From Promethearchaeota archaeon (GTDB lineage Archaea > Asgardarchaeota > Lokiarchaeia > Sigyniarchaeales > SOKP01), in the NCBI GenBank assembly GCA_016839765.1, contig JAEOTP010000039.1, positions 1 through 36,215 of the forward strand: a stretch of DNA of 36,215 nt, written 5' to 3'. The notes below the pieces were generated by a model, which did not search any database, was not told where the DNA came from, and worked only from the letters and a program-made list of their open reading frames with translations. Within the stretch, counting starts at the first letter, position 1; the number at the start of each line of letters is the position of its first letter. The position numbers and the translations under genes are program-made. This document shows positions 18,664-27,675 of this stretch, one piece after another.

Positions 18664-19495
18664 TCCGTATATCCCGATGCTTACAACAGTCAAAGATATT
18701 ATTTCTGAGAATAAAGTAAATGATATAAAAACACTTGAATTAGTTTTCAAGAATGAGGAGGATTATAAAAGTTTTCAATATATACCAGGACAATTTGCGG
18801 AGATAAGTCTTATTGGAAAAGGAGAATGTCCTATAGGGATAGCCTCCTCTCCCACAGAAGTAGGTTCTATTATGTTTACTATAAAAAAGATGGGAACAGT
18901 GACTTCAGGGTTTCATAATTGTGAGGTGGGGGATACGGTTGGTTTAAGAGGACCTTGTGGAAATGGATGGCCAATAGAAGAAATGAAAGGTAAAAATATT
19001 GTTGTAATAGGAGGTGGTTTTGCATTTTCAACACTAAGATCACTAATTATTTATATATTAGACGATAAGCATCGCAAAGACTATAAAAATATAACTGTTG
19101 TTTATGGAAATCGTGATTCAGGAGAGGTACTATATCAGCCAGACTTAGAAGATTGGAAAAAAAGGGATGATATTAATGTGATACTAACTATTGATCGCGA
19201 AGAAGAGGGATGGACTGATAAAGTAGGATTTGTTGCTCCTGTTGTTAAGGAAGTCGCTCCATCTCCCGAGAATGCTATTGCTGTTGTATGTGGTCCTCCC
19301 ATAATGATTAAAACAACTATTGCCGTACTTGAAGAATTAAAATTTAAAGATGAGCAAATTTTAAATTCTTTAGAAATGAGGATGAAATGCGGAATTGGTA
19401 AATGTGGAAGATGTAATATTGGTAATAAATTTGTATGTGTTGATGGCCCAGTTTTTTCTCTGGCAGAACTTAAAGAAATGCCAAGTGAATATTAA
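18656..19495 (+). CDS. flxA: FlxA / AsrB-like FAD/NAD(P)-binding [2Fe-2S] subunit, probable CTG start
   Basis: SNPYIP N-terminus, PGQF, GLRGPCGNGW, GGGFA, VCGPPIM, MKCGIGKCGRC..VCVDGPVF. GGAGG at 18642-18646 precedes the CTG. Confidence 0.88.
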   Translation: MSNPYIPMLTTVKDIISENKVNDIKTLELVFKNEEDYKSFQYIPGQFAEISLIGKGECPIGIASSPTEVGSIMFTIKKMGTVTSGFHNCEVGDTVGLRGPCGNGWPIEEMKGKNIVVIGGGFAFSTLRSLIIYILDDKHRKDYKNITVVYGNRDSGEVLYQPDLEDWKKRDDINVILTIDREEEGWTDKVGFVAPVVKEVAPSPENAIAVVCGPPIMIKTTIAVLEELKFKDEQILNSLEMRMKCGIGKCGRCNIGNKFVCVDGPVFSLAELKEMPSEY

Positions 19496-19546
19496 ATTAA
19501 AAGAATATAATATTCCTTTATTTAAATTTTAAGTATTTATTTTAGC

Positions 19547-22500
19547 CTAATTAGTTCCAATTTTTGCTTTACTCACTTTACCTGGGATTTTCGATTCTCC
19601 AACCTTTTTGATTATTTCTGTAAATTCTGATATGCGTTCTGAGAATTGTTTCCCCTCACTCGCGGAAATTTGATGGATTTGAATTCTTTCTTCTTCAATT
19701 CCAATCATCTTTAATAATTTCTGAAGGTTCTCCAATCGAAGATATGCATTTTCATTCCCACTTATATAGTGACAATCTCCAAGGTGACACCCTGCTATAA
19801 ATACACCATCCGCTCCATCCAAAAATGCCTTTAAAATATAACTCTTAGACATACCTCCTGAGCACATGACTCTAATAATTCTTATATTTGGAGGATACTG
19901 ATATCTACTTACGCCTGCTAGATCGGCACCGGCGTATGAGCACCAATTACAGAGAAATGCGACTATTCTTGGTTCCCAAACCTTTTCTTCCGATTTAACT
20001 GCTTCAGCAATCATTGGTTTTATCTGATCATTTCCAAAATGACTCATAGATATAGCAGAAACCGGACATTCTGCGAAACAAGTTCCACATCCTTTACAAA
20101 GAGCCTTAATTACGTGAGCTTTCTTTATATCATTATTATATAAACCCATTTGTTTAGTAGTCTCGACTAACTCAATGGCGTTATAGGGGCAAATTTCGGC
20201 ACATTGACCACAACCTATACATTTTTCTTCATTAACATTGGAAGTTACACCCTCAGTCTCTAAAAATTCTTTTGATAATATTGTCATTGCTCTAGCTGCT
20301 GCAGACTTCGCTTGAGCTATACTTTCAATTATATTTGCCGGTGCTCGTGCAGTTCCACATAAAAAGATTCCATCTGTTGCGAAATCAGAAGGTCTCAACT
20401 TAACATGAGCTTCTAAGAAGAAATTATCCTCATTAAGAGGGACTTTAAGTAATTTAGCTAACTCACTATTTCCCTCAGGAGCTACAATTCCTGCACTTAA
20501 AACAACCAAATCCGTGTTAAGTTTAATTTCTCCTATATCTGACTTGTTTAGTATAAGTTGTAAGATATTATCTTTTGCAATAACTTTGGGTGGTTGTGTT
20601 TCATCAAATCTAATAAAGAGAATGCCCTTAGCTCTAGCGAGATTATAGTATTTCTCCTTAAAACCATAAGTCCTAATATCACGAAATAAAATGGTAATAT
20701 TAATATCTGGGTTAATCTCTTTTGCTTTTAACGCATTCTTTATTGCTTCTGCACAGCACATCCTACTGCAATAAGGATTTTCTTCGTTTCTAGAACCTAT
20801 ACATTGGATCATAACAATTGATTTCAGTTCCTTTATTTTTTTTTCCTCCATAAAAAGAATTTCTTCGAGTTTTGATTGAGTTATAATTCTCTCATCGTAA
20901 TTAAATAAGAACTCGTTATCTTTAGGAGTATATTCCTCTGTTCCTGTCGCTACAATAATAATTCCATGATTCAAATTCTCTGTTTCATTTTCTCTTTCAG
21001 AAATTATTTCTGTGGTAAAATTACCTAGATAGCCTGTTACGGAATTAATGTTAGCTTCGAGAAAAACATTAATGAATTCATGATTATTGACTCTTTCTAC
21101 TAAATTACTAATTAATTTTTGGACATCATTGTTTTCTAAAGTTTGAAAAATTTTATTTGAGAAACCACCCAACCTATTGCTTTTTTCAACTAAATATGTT
21201 GTATACCCCTGATCTGCTAAATTTAAAGCTGCTGTCATTCCAGCTACACCGCCTCCAATAACCAATCCTTTATTAATTACTTCTACTCTTTGCTCTTGTA
21301 AAGGAACTAAATTTCTTGCTTTTGCGACAGACATTCTAACCAAATCTTTAGCTTTCTGTGTAGCTTCTTCTGGTTCATGCATATGTACCCAGGAACATTG
21401 ATCCCTAATATTTGCTAAATCAAAAAGATATTTATTTAAACCTGCTTCTCTTATTGTTGCTTGGAATAACGGTTCATGCGTTCTAGGCGTGCAAGAAGCA
21501 ACGATTACTCTATTTAGGTTATGTTTCTTTATCTTTTCTTTAATAATCGTTTGGGTATCAGCTGAGCAAGTATATAAGTTTCTTTCAGCATATACTACAT
21601 CTGGTAATTTGCTTGCATATTCAACTACTTCAGGAACATCAACAACACCTCCGATATTAATTCCGCAATGGCAAACAAAAACTCCAATTCGAGGTGGTTC
21701 TCCACTAACATCGATTTCATCATAATATTTCTTTTCAGGAACTAAAGTATTTCTAACATCAGATAGAAGAACATTTACGGCTCCTGCGGTTGCACTAGCT
21801 TCAATAACAGTTTCTGGAATATCCTTGGGTTCTTTAAACGTTCCACATACATAAACACCTGGTCTTGAAGTCTCAATTGGATTAAAATTAGTTGTTTTAC
21901 AGAAGTCATATTCATTTAATCCAACATTTAATTTTTTTGCTAATGCTATAGCGTTTGGATTAGGTTGTAATCCTACAGATAAAATAACCATGTTAAAAAT
22001 TTCTTCAACAATTTCTCCTTCATCAGTTTCGTACCTAATTTTCAAGTCATTGGATTCGGCAATTTCTTTAATACTAGAAATTCTACTTCTAATATACCTT
22101 ATGCCATAATCACTTTTAGCTCGTTCAATGTATTTATCAAAATCTTTTCCGTATGCTCTTATATCCATGCTAAAAATGGTAAGTTCAAGAGTGTTTAAAT
22201 GTTCTTTAGCTATAACAGCTTCTTTTGTAGTATACATACAACACACTGAAGAGCAGTATTCATGATTTATTTTTTTATCTCGAGAACCAACGCATTGCAA
22301 AAATGCTATTTTTTTCGGATGTGTGTTATCCGAAGGACGAATTACTTCTCCCTTAAATGGGCCAGAAGCATTGAGAATACGTTCGAAACCTATACTTGAT
22401 ATAACATTTGGATATTCACCATATCCATAAATATTTCCTATTTTTGGTTCATATTCATCAGATCCAAGGGCTAATATTACAGCCCCAATATTGATAGAGA

Positions 22501-24493
22501 TTATTTCATCAGCTAAATTATGATCAATTGCGTTTGCTTGGCAAGTTCTCACACATTCGAAGCACTCGCAGCAAGATCCACAATTAAGACAGCGGTTTGC
22601 TTCTTTAATAGAAGAATCTTCATCCATAGTGCTAGCAACTTCATTAAAATTATATATCCGTTCTTCGGGTAAACATATTGAGAACTCACCTCTATCTTGA
22701 CACGCTATATTATCAATGTCTTGAATATCAGCAATAGTAACTACATCCTCTACTTTATAATCAGAGATGGTTTCTTTTAAATCGGAAATTTCTTCTCCTT
22801 TTAGATATTTCTCCATCACTATAGCTGCTTTATTTCCTGTCGCTATTGCTTCTATAGCAGAGGCAGCACCAGTGATGATCTCTCCTCCAGCGAAGACACC
22901 AGGGATATTAGTTTCAAAAGTTGTTTGGTCTGCTTCAATATAACCCCATTTATTAATATTTAATTTCTTCTGAGAAGCAGATTCTATTAATGAACAATCT
23001 GATTCTTGTCCTACTGAAATTATTAAAGTATCGATCTTCATCTTGAATTCAGAACCTTCAATTGCGATAGGTCTTCGCCTTCCAGATTCATCAGGTTTAC
23101 CAAGTTTCATTTGCACGCATTCAATTTCAGAAATCTTAACTCCCTTATCACTGGCATCTTTAGTGGGTACGGTTAAAAATTTAAATTCAATGCCCTCTTC
23201 TCTTGCTCTTTTTATTTCTTCCCTTGAAGCAGGCATTTCTTGTTCAGATCGTCTATAAATAATTATTACTTTTTTTGCACCTAATCTTATGGATGAGCGA
23301 GCAACATCCATTGCAACATCTCCTCCGCCAACTACTCCTATAATTTTATCTTTAAGATTAGGTACATTTCTTGATAAATTTAATTCTCTTAGAAAATCAA
23401 CACCATATAATACATCTTCAATATCTTCACATTGAAAATCCATTTTACGACTATTATGAAGGCCTATAGCTATAAAAATAGCTTTATAACCTTGGTTTTT
23501 TAAATCTTCTAAGGTTAAATCAGAACCTACAGGTGTATTGGTTTTTATTTCAACGCCCAGTTTCTTAATATATTCAATATCTCTTTCTAAGATTTCTGGT
23601 GGCAATCTATAATCAGGGATTCCCAGTCTTAGCATTCCACCCGCAACAGGTTCTTTTTCAAAAATTGTCACGGAATACCCACGTTTTGCAAGGTGATAAG
23701 CAACAGTAAGTCCCGTTGGACCTGAACCAATAATAGCAACTTTTTCTTCCTTTTTATCTTCTAAGAATGTGATTTCTTCTTCAAGATTATCCATAACATA
23801 ATCTGCTACAAATCTTTTTAAGCCACAAATATTAATAGGATCATCTATTTCCGCTCTATTACATTCTAATTCACAAAAATGAGGACAAATTCGTCCTATA
23901 ACAGAGGGAAGGGGACATCTCTCTCTAATTAAGTTCAAGGCTTCTTGATAACTTTTTTTGGAGATTAAAGCAACATATCCTTGGGCATTTACATGAGCAG
24001 GACAAGCATCCACGCAGGGAGGAGTTCCTCGTTTTTCTATTTGTACTTTAAATGGTACCGCCTGAGGGAACTGAAGATATATCGCTTTTCTATTATTCAA
24101 TTTCTGATTAAATTCATCAGGAATTTGAACAGGGCACTCTTGAATGCAATCCCCACAACCCGTACATTTATCTTCATAGATATATCTTGTTCTTTTATTA
24201 ATTGTAGCATTAAAATTACCTGCCTTACCTTCCAGATTTATGATATCTGCGTATGTAATCAATTCAATATTTGGATGTCTATCTACAGCAACGAGTTTTG
24301 GGGCTAAAATACACATAGAACAGTCATTTGTTGGGAAAGTTTTATCTAATTGAGCCATAACTCCTCCAATGGATGGTTCCTTCTCAACAAGATAAACCTT
24401 GAGACCAGCATCTGCTAAATCTAATGCTGCTTGACAACCCCCTATTCCTGCTCCAACAATCATTACAGCCCCAACTTTATTCTTTTCGCTCAA
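19547..24493 (-). CDS. HdrL/BamE-type multidomain flavoprotein (HdrA with GltD-like insert, second HdrA, C-terminal MvhD)
   Basis: First HdrA: GAGIGG, FPTNDCSMC. GltD module: PCVDACP, GRICPHFCELEC, GSGPTG, GGGDVAMD, YRRS. Two C(V/I)GSR..YCS..CC motifs and GVFVCHCGINIGG. MvhD: AFLCNWCSYAGAD. TTG start after GGAGG. Confidence 0.92.
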   Translation of the reverse strand: MSEKNKVGAVMIVGAGIGGCQAALDLADAGLKVYLVEKEPSIGGVMAQLDKTFPTNDCSMCILAPKLVAVDRHPNIELITYADIINLEGKAGNFNATINKRTRYIYEDKCTGCGDCIQECPVQIPDEFNQKLNNRKAIYLQFPQAVPFKVQIEKRGTPPCVDACPAHVNAQGYVALISKKSYQEALNLIRERCPLPSVIGRICPHFCELECNRAEIDDPINICGLKRFVADYVMDNLEEEITFLEDKKEEKVAIIGSGPTGLTVAYHLAKRGYSVTIFEKEPVAGGMLRLGIPDYRLPPEILERDIEYIKKLGVEIKTNTPVGSDLTLEDLKNQGYKAIFIAIGLHNSRKMDFQCEDIEDVLYGVDFLRELNLSRNVPNLKDKIIGVVGGGDVAMDVARSSIRLGAKKVIIIYRRSEQEMPASREEIKRAREEGIEFKFLTVPTKDASDKGVKISEIECVQMKLGKPDESGRRRPIAIEGSEFKMKIDTLIISVGQESDCSLIESASQKKLNINKWGYIEADQTTFETNIPGVFAGGEIITGAASAIEAIATGNKAAIVMEKYLKGEEISDLKETISDYKVEDVVTIADIQDIDNIACQDRGEFSICLPEERIYNFNEVASTMDEDSSIKEANRCLNCGSCCECFECVRTCQANAIDHNLADEIISINIGAVILALGSDEYEPKIGNIYGYGEYPNVISSIGFERILNASGPFKGEVIRPSDNTHPKKIAFLQCVGSRDKKINHEYCSSVCCMYTTKEAVIAKEHLNTLELTIFSMDIRAYGKDFDKYIERAKSDYGIRYIRSRISSIKEIAESNDLKIRYETDEGEIVEEIFNMVILSVGLQPNPNAIALAKKLNVGLNEYDFCKTTNFNPIETSRPGVYVCGTFKEPKDIPETVIEASATAGAVNVLLSDVRNTLVPEKKYYDEIDVSGEPPRIGVFVCHCGINIGGVVDVPEVVEYASKLPDVVYAERNLYTCSADTQTIIKEKIKKHNLNRVIVASCTPRTHEPLFQATIREAGLNKYLFDLANIRDQCSWVHMHEPEEATQKAKDLVRMSVAKARNLVPLQEQRVEVINKGLVIGGGVAGMTAALNLADQGYTTYLVEKSNRLGGFSNKIFQTLENNDVQKLISNLVERVNNHEFINVFLEANINSVTGYLGNFTTEIISERENETENLNHGIIIVATGTEEYTPKDNEFLFNYDERIITQSKLEEILFMEEKKIKELKSIVMIQCIGSRNEENPYCSRMCCAEAIKNALKAKEINPDINITILFRDIRTYGFKEKYYNLARAKGILFIRFDETQPPKVIAKDNILQLILNKSDIGEIKLNTDLVVLSAGIVAPEGNSELAKLLKVPLNEDNFFLEAHVKLRPSDFATDGIFLCGTARAPANIIESIAQAKSAAARAMTILSKEFLETEGVTSNVNEEKCIGCGQCAEICPYNAIELVETTKQMGLYNNDIKKAHVIKALCKGCGTCFAECPVSAISMSHFGNDQIKPMIAEAVKSEEKVWEPRIVAFLCNWCSYAGADLAGVSRYQYPPNIRIIRVMCSGGMSKSYILKAFLDGADGVFIAGCHLGDCHYISGNENAYLRLENLQKLLKMIGIEEERIQIHQISASEGKQFSERISEFTEIIKKVGESKIPGKVSKAKIGTN

Positions 24494-24577
24494 TTATATT
24501 CCTCCATTATTGAAAATTTCTTATATTCATACATTTTAAAAAAGATTATATATCATTTTTATTACACCTTGTCGTTC

Positions 24578-25786
24578 CTAAACAAGGAAAAGTAGTTCTC
24601 CAATAAAGTTTGCCAAATCTTTAACTTTAATCTTATTTTTTAAATTTTTGTGTTCCTCATCTAAAGAGGGTTCATTAAGATAACAATCGAAATGGGTTAG
24701 GCACTTCGGACAAGGCACAATTAAATATTCTGCTCCTGTTTCTATTGCTTCATTTATACGATTTTGTCTAAAAGTACGAGTTGATTCATTACATCCCATA
24801 AAAGCCGAAACTCCACAACAATTCGCGTCATCTCTAATATTTTCCATTTCAATTAATTCAACTCCCGGAATTTTCTTAAGTAATTCCCTCGGAGCATCAT
24901 ATAATTTTCCTCCCATACGCCCTAATCGACATGCATCGTGATATGTAACTTTAATTTTAGTTTCTTGGGGAAATCTAACATTTTCAAGGATTTTTTCCTT
25001 TAGAAAAAACTCGGAGAAATGCATAATCTTAAAATTGAAATCTTTTATGACTTTAGGATAATCAAATTTCCATATTCTATATCCTTCAGCACATCCTAAG
25101 ATAATTGTTTTAACACCCGCGTCTCTGTAAAGTTTAACATTATATTCGGCAAGTTTTTTAAACGTATTATTATCCCCTTTACCCCATAAAACATCATGCC
25201 CACAACACTTTTCATTTAATACGACTGGTACTATATTTGCCTCGTTTAATAAACCAATAATAGTTTTTGGTATATTTATATAATTGATATCTGATTTATA
25301 AAAAATAGTGTCCATAATAGGTAAACAACCAATAAAAAATGCAATTTCACCAGAATCTGTTGTTTTTAAAGAAGAATTTTCTAAAAATTCTAATTTATTT
25401 GGATGCAATTTACCATCTGACATAATTTTTGAGATGAGCGGAAATATTTCATCATGGGTCTCACAATGAATGATTTTGTCTATTTGATTTTGATTATGGA
25501 TAGCGATTTTTCTCAATTCTAATATTAATTCTGGAAATCTAACACCAACCTTTTCTTGTGTCATGGGACAATAATTTGAACAAAGACCACAAGTAAGACA
25601 ATCCCATATATTATGTTTCTCTAAAACTTCATTTATTGGTGAAAAAAGTAAATCTACAATTAATTTTTGGGGATAGAAAACATCTATATGAGAAAGTGGA
25701 CATACATTAACACAGCGATTACAATTATAGCAATAATTAGCCATATCATTTATCTTTTTAATTATATCCCCTGAAATGTTGTTCAC
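24578..25786 (-). CDS. HdrD/BamD-like Fe-S oxidoreductase (HdrC-type ferredoxin plus two CCG domains)
   Basis: CYNCNRCVNVCP, CLTCGLCSNYCP, FIGC, EKCCG, YHDACRLGR, CCG, PCPKC. Confidence 0.92.
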   Translation of the reverse strand: MNNISGDIIKKINDMANYCYNCNRCVNVCPLSHIDVFYPQKLIVDLLFSPINEVLEKHNIWDCLTCGLCSNYCPMTQEKVGVRFPELILELRKIAIHNQNQIDKIIHCETHDEIFPLISKIMSDGKLHPNKLEFLENSSLKTTDSGEIAFFIGCLPIMDTIFYKSDINYINIPKTIIGLLNEANIVPVVLNEKCCGHDVLWGKGDNNTFKKLAEYNVKLYRDAGVKTIILGCAEGYRIWKFDYPKVIKDFNFKIMHFSEFFLKEKILENVRFPQETKIKVTYHDACRLGRMGGKLYDAPRELLKKIPGVELIEMENIRDDANCCGVSAFMGCNESTRTFRQNRINEAIETGAEYLIVPCPKCLTHFDCYLNEPSLDEEHKNLKNKIKVKDLANFIGELLFLV

Positions 25787-26002
25787 CCGCTCGATATTAA
25801 TAATCTTTTTCTTAAACGTAGTTATTTTTCTAAGATAAAATTAATTAAATCAAATTCTGTATAAGATAAAATTTGCTCTATTTTTCTAATTTATGGTTTT
25901 CTTTAAAAAGAATTAGTATTAAAAATTAACTCATCACGAATATTTTTTATTTAAATTTATTGAGTTTAAAAAAAAAAGAAACTGGCTTAAAACTAACGAC
26001 TT

Positions 26003-27253
26003 TTACTTCTTCTTTGTTCTTTTATTTTTCTTCTCAATCAATTCTTTTAATTCATCAAGAACTGCTGTCCTCGCCTTTCTAGCCTCCTTGCGTGAAACTA
26101 TTTTTGATGAACTGCTAGTTTTTTGAGAAGTTAATGGATTAGGTGAAGAATATTCTGGAGAGGGCATTGAAGAAGTTAATCCAGTAGTTTTTAAATCTTC
26201 ACCCTCAATTAGTCTAATTCTATTATTTAATTCATTATATTGATCCATTACAACTTCTGATAATCGAATTATTCCATTCAAAGTTGATTCTAAAATTGAT
26301 GCCATTCCTTCTAGTTTATAATCTGATAAGGTAGCAGTTTTTTCCATAGTTTCTTTAAGATATCGTGAAAACTTCGGTTCTTTTGCTAGCAATGAATAGA
26401 TAGAACTTAAATAGATCTCATAATCAAATTTTTTTCTATTTTTGAAAATGCTCTTAATTAAATCTTTTACAACTTCTATATTAAGTAATACTTCTGGATA
26501 ATCTTTTATGTCAGGATCATATTTATGTATAAAAACCAATATGTAAGGTTTTTCTTCAAGTTTTTCGATGTTCTCAATAATTTTCTCGAAATATTTAATA
26601 CTTTCATCAAATTTTTCTGGATCTTGAAGATCAATAACATAAATTATCAAATCGACTTTTAAAAAATATTTCTGAGGATCTTGAAGATAAATTTTTCTAT
26701 ATTCTTGTTGACCACCAAAATCCCATATTATTAATACTAAATCAGGAGTAATAATTTCCTGACGTTCAACTCCTTTTGTTGGATTTAACTTAGCTAAATC
26801 TTTTATTCCAATTTGGCCACCAAATTTCTTTAGTATTGTTGTCTTGCCAGCATTAGCTAACCCAACGACGATAACTTTTTGCTCTTTTTTTAGGTATGAG
26901 ATTGATTCTTCTTTTATTTTATAAATAACCTTACTTATAGTCACTGCTTTTTTTACTTTATCTTCGATTTCTAAATCCGTTTGCAGTATATGCTCAATTT
27001 TTTTCCTAGTTTTATTATCCTTATACAAAATTTCGAAAGGTTTTTCAGGATCCAAAGAAGTAAATTGGCCTATGCTATTAATTTTAAATAACCTACTTAT
27101 TAAATCTACATCAGCATCGCTTAAAAAGTTAAAATTAGAAATAGGAAAAGTTATAACATCTTCAATTGAATCTAATTTATCGAAATTTATTACTTTGGTT
27201 TTATCTAAAAACTTAGAAATTAACTTAATTTTTTCACTCTGCCCTTTTGGCAT
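26003..27253 (-). CDS. Arf/Rag-like small GTPase with N- and C-terminal extensions
   Basis: G1 GLANAGKT, G2 PTKG, G3 WDFGGQ, G4 HKYD, G5 SSI. Confidence 0.92.
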   Translation of the reverse strand: MPKGQSEKIKLISKFLDKTKVINFDKLDSIEDVITFPISNFNFLSDADVDLISRLFKINSIGQFTSLDPEKPFEILYKDNKTRKKIEHILQTDLEIEDKVKKAVTISKVIYKIKEESISYLKKEQKVIVVGLANAGKTTILKKFGGQIGIKDLAKLNPTKGVERQEIITPDLVLIIWDFGGQQEYRKIYLQDPQKYFLKVDLIIYVIDLQDPEKFDESIKYFEKIIENIEKLEEKPYILVFIHKYDPDIKDYPEVLLNIEVVKDLIKSIFKNRKKFDYEIYLSSIYSLLAKEPKFSRYLKETMEKTATLSDYKLEGMASILESTLNGIIRLSEVVMDQYNELNNRIRLIEGEDLKTTGLTSSMPSPEYSSPNPLTSQKTSSSSKIVSRKEARKARTAVLDELKELIEKKNKRTKKK

Positions 27254-27483
27254 TTGTCTTCATTTTAGATATGTAATTTGGAGTTTTCTACTTAATTTTT
27301 ATTTCTTATTTAATAAATTTATTTTTATGTAATATAAAAGAATTGTTAAAAATTTTTTAGATGACTAAAAAACCATTATTTAATTTTTTCAAAAATTACG
27401 AATTTTTGTCATTATCTCATAAGATTAAATCTTAAATAATTAGAAAAAACTATTAGCATTAAGAAAAAAATGGAGTTTTTTAT

Positions 27484-27675
27484 TTGATTCCTAAAAAAAT
27501 TGTAGAAAGATTAGTTAAAACAGACGTTTATATTTATATTCGCCATATTGATAGAGAATTTGGTGGAGTTCTTGACTCAATTACTGATGATGATATAATT
27601 GTATTAAAGGATAAATACAATAACCTAATCTACATTCCATTAGAAATAATTGATGTTATTACTGAAAGACAATAG
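27484..27675 (+). CDS. Small Sm/LSm-like (Hfq-fold) protein
   Basis: 63 aa: a helix followed by VYIYI, EFGGVL, IIVL, LIYIPLEIIDVI, matching the Sm1/Sm2 strand pattern. GGAG then TTG. Confidence 0.65.
   Translation: MIPKKIVERLVKTDVYIYIRHIDREFGGVLDSITDDDIIVLKDKYNNLIYIPLEIIDVITERQ

Noticed and set aside
14093-24493. Selenocysteine recoding in HdrA, MvhD or HdrL, which are known selenoprotein families in Lokiarchaeota and methanogens
   Set aside because: The relevant positions are Cys (FPTMDCSAC, FPTNDCSMC, CNWC, GDCHY) and the frames have no internal TGA. The TGA at 16105 lies upstream of the conserved domain and is part of the SD.
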